From: a virus
Taxonomy: Duplodnaviria > Caudoviricetes
Length of the DNA stretch: 25,363 bases
Virus record (IMG/VR): IMGVR_UViG_3300033076_000127
Location: 1 to 25,363 of that record
Reading direction: 5' to 3' (one strand)
Position 1 is the first letter of the stretch, and each line of letters begins with the position of its first letter. This document shows, one piece after another, positions 22,794-25,363 of the stretch. The position numbers were made by a program, and so were the translations under genes. Below the pieces are notes generated by a model that worked only from the letters and a program-made list of their open reading frames with translations, searched no databases and was not told the DNA's origin.

Positions 22794-25144
22794 TGCCTAT
22801 CGAAGTCGAAGGGCCTGACGGCGCGATCCTCGAATTTCCGGACGGCACTTCGCGCGAAACTATGCGCGCGGCGATGGCCAAGCGTTACGGCAGCAAAAGC
22901 AACCCTGCGCTAGAAAAGCTGGCGCAGCAGGGCTTCCAGATGGCTAACATCGGGACGCAGATGGTGCAGCAGCGCCTCGGCACCAAACCCAAGATGAGCC
23001 GCGGGCAAGCCCTCGTTTCTGGCGTTGAGCGCGGCGTAGCGCCGATTGGTCAGTTTGTTGAAAAATACAATCCGGTTCTGGCGGCGGTTAACGCTATCCA
23101 AGGCAAAGGCGCGCAGACAAAGCGCGCGCAAGTCAGGAACCGCATGGCGGCGCAAGGGCGACAAGCACAGGTGGAACAGCCGGGTGCTTATGTTGTTGGC
23201 GAAGTCCTTGGCCAGACGCTTGCAACCGCACCGTTCACTTCGGGTGCTGGCGCGCTGCTAGAAGGGGCTGGAGGCGCTCTAGCTAATGTCGCGCCTAAGA
23301 CCGGCAAGATCGTCAAGGCAATTGGTACAGCCACCAAGACCGGCGGTTTGTCGTCCGGCCTCACCAAGCAGCAGATCGCGGCGCTTCCGCGTTCGGCGCG
23401 GATCGCCAATCTGGCTACGCGCGCTGCCGGTGGTGCGGTATCCGGCGGTCTGTCCGCTGGCTTGACCGGTCAGGATGTCGTGACCGGCGCCGAATTCGGT
23501 GCGGGGCTGCCGATTGTCGGCAACATCGTCGGCAAGCTGGGCGGTAAGGCAGTTGACCTCACCCGCATGACCAAGCTGAAGGCAGGCAAACTGATCCGCG
23601 AAGCGCTCGGCAAGGACGCCGACGCAGCCCGCGCGGCGTTCTCTGCGCTGTCGCCTGACGATCAGCGTCTGGCGCGTCAGGTGCTGGTTGACGCCGGTGT
23701 CGAGCCTGACACGTTCATGGCGCTGGGCGCTGACGTAGAACGTCTGAGGCCGACCGAAGTCCGTAATGTGCTTGAGAGCCAAGCCGCAGCCCGCGAAGCC
23801 CGTCTGGCGCAGGCGGCTGGCGGTGGCACGGCAACTGAAACGCGTGCTGCTGGCGAACTAGCGCGGCGCGGCGTCAGCGAGGTTACCCAGCCGCAGGCGC
23901 AGGCGGCACTGGAGCGCGCGAACATCGCCGGTCAGGTAGTTCCGGAGGCAGAACGCATCGCGGCCCTTGCCCGTCAGCAGGCTGATGAACAGTCAGGTCT
24001 TGCGCGGCGTATGACGTTTGGCGCTGAACGCGCTGAGACGCGGCTGGGTCAGGCCGACGATCTCGGCGACGTTTTCAATCCGCAAGCTGTGGCGCGCGGA
24101 CGTGGTCTGGCTGGCGCCATGACCCAGCGCGGTGAACGTGCAGCGCAGGCTGCAATCGCCCAGCGCGGCGTCGCCCGTGACATGGAAGACGTTGTGGCCA
24201 ACATGGCCGCGGAAGGTATGCAGCCGCTTCAGGTTGCGCCTATCGTCGGACAGCTTCGCCAGATGGCAGCCGCTCCCGGCACCCGCGCCGACACGCTTCA
24301 GCGCGGTACGCTGGTCAAGCTGGCAAAGCAGCTTGAAGGTTTGGCTGACGAAAACGGCGTCATTGACGCACGCGACCTGTACCAAATCCGCAAGACCGGT
24401 TTGAACGACATCGTCGAACGGCTGCTGGGGTCGCGGGCGCAGCCGTCGTCTGGCACAAAGGAACGCACGGCTTCGCTGCTGACCAGCATCCGTCCCATGA
24501 TCGACGACGCTATCGAAGGCGCCGGTGGTCAGGGCTGGAAAGACTATCTGGCACGCACGCGTCAGGGCTTTGAGGCGGTCAATCGTCAAGAACTGACGGC
24601 CAAGGGCGCGCAGCTTGCCAAGGAAAGCCCGACTGAGTTTGTCGCGCTGATGGGCGGTGAGCGTCCCGACATTGTCGAAGGTATTCTCGGCAAGGGCACC
24701 AAGCAGTACGACATCGCCGGCATGGCGCTGGCTGATCCTCAGCGTTATCTAGCGCTGAAGACCGCCGCCGATGAGATTGCCCGCAACAACCGCATGGCCG
24801 AACTGGCGCAGTCTGGGCGCGTCGCCGCAAACGAACTGATGGGCCGCGAGACACCCAACAAGTTGCGTAGCCTGACGCGCATGGGCCTATCCACGGTCCC
24901 GGCAGGGCGTATCGCTCTGGAAGGTGGTGAGCAGTTCGTATCGCAACTGATGAAGCCCAAGATCGGTCAAGAGTTGGCCGGCGGTTTCATGAGTGGTCAG
25001 AACGCACTTAATCTAATGAACCAATACCCGACGGCTACTACGCTGGCTGGTCAGATCAGCAGGCTCCCTGCGCCGGCGTTGAACGCTATTGCGCAGATCG
25101 TCCGTGGTTTTATGACGCCCGCCGAAACCAACTACAGCGAGTAA
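22793..25144 (+). CDS. large DNA ejection protein (gp16 position)
   Basis: 783 aa Ala/Gly-rich; MPIEVEGPDG..LEFPDGTS N-terminus; Gly-rich hydrophobic segments; third gene of ejection cluster. Confidence 0.72.
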   Translation: MPIEVEGPDGAILEFPDGTSRETMRAAMAKRYGSKSNPALEKLAQQGFQMANIGTQMVQQRLGTKPKMSRGQALVSGVERGVAPIGQFVEKYNPVLAAVNAIQGKGAQTKRAQVRNRMAAQGRQAQVEQPGAYVVGEVLGQTLATAPFTSGAGALLEGAGGALANVAPKTGKIVKAIGTATKTGGLSSGLTKQQIAALPRSARIANLATRAAGGAVSGGLSAGLTGQDVVTGAEFGAGLPIVGNIVGKLGGKAVDLTRMTKLKAGKLIREALGKDADAARAAFSALSPDDQRLARQVLVDAGVEPDTFMALGADVERLRPTEVRNVLESQAAAREARLAQAAGGGTATETRAAGELARRGVSEVTQPQAQAALERANIAGQVVPEAERIAALARQQADEQSGLARRMTFGAERAETRLGQADDLGDVFNPQAVARGRGLAGAMTQRGERAAQAAIAQRGVARDMEDVVANMAAEGMQPLQVAPIVGQLRQMAAAPGTRADTLQRGTLVKLAKQLEGLADENGVIDARDLYQIRKTGLNDIVERLLGSRAQPSSGTKERTASLLTSIRPMIDDAIEGAGGQGWKDYLARTRQGFEAVNRQELTAKGAQLAKESPTEFVALMGGERPDIVEGILGKGTKQYDIAGMALADPQRYLALKTAADEIARNNRMAELAQSGRVAANELMGRETPNKLRSLTRMGLSTVPAGRIALEGGEQFVSQLMKPKIGQELAGGFMSGQNALNLMNQYPTATTLAGQISRLPAPALNAIAQIVRGFMTPAETNYSE

Positions 25145-25148
25145 TGCC

Positions 25149-25319
25149 GTGACTAGTATTGACCGAACCGAAGCGCGTCTCACTACCCATGAGGAAATCT
25201 GCACGCTGCGTTACGAGAGTATCTGCGCCCGGCTCAAGAGGCTGGAGAGCATCGGTCTGACTGTGGCCGGCGCCATCATCATGCTTCTGCTGGGTATCGT
25301 CGTTCAGATGGGGAAATAA
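25149..25319 (+). CDS. holin-like / XhlA-like membrane protein (56 aa)
   Basis: GTG start; MTSIDRTEARLTTHEEICTLRYESICARLKRLESIGLTVAGAIIMLLLGIVVQMGK: coiled coil plus C-terminal transmembrane helix; precedes lysin. Confidence 0.7.
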   Translation: MTSIDRTEARLTTHEEICTLRYESICARLKRLESIGLTVAGAIIMLLLGIVVQMGK

Positions 25320-25320
25320 G

Positions 25321-25363
25321 ATGGGGGCGCTAGGGCCTGTTAAGTTCCTCACCATCCACTGCG
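25321..25363 (+). CDS. probable N-acetylmuramoyl-L-alanine amidase endolysin (first 14 codons only)
   Basis: MGALGPVKFLTIHC resembles the T7-lysozyme-type zinc amidase N-terminal motif (I..IVIHC); truncated by window edge. Confidence 0.55.
   Translation, partial: MGALGPVKFLTIHC

Overview
The whole window is a segment of a GC-rich tailed dsDNA phage (or prophage) with a P22/Sf6-type podovirus morphogenesis module; the host is plausibly an alphaproteobacterium (inference). Bases 1-1513 hold a leftward string of tiny early/accessory genes that share a translation-start motif. Bases 1514-2560 are a divergent control region with promoters, iteron-like repeats, a perfect palindrome, a candidate structured element and a G-quadruplex motif. 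The rest is one rightward late cluster: terS, a freestanding HNH-AP2 endonuclease, terL, four small Lys-rich proteins, portal, a Dps/ferritin-like protein, three tailspike/fibre genes, scaffold, major capsid, head accessory genes, gp4/gp10/needle-like tail genes, a GNAT-like gene, three ejection proteins, then a holin-like gene and the first codons of an amidase. The most notable signals are a 28-bp direct repeat bracketing two receptor-binding genes, a candidate pseudoknot leader on the scaffold mRNA, the basic-peptide cluster, and the G4/structured region before terS. All family calls come from recalled motifs and synteny, not from database searches.
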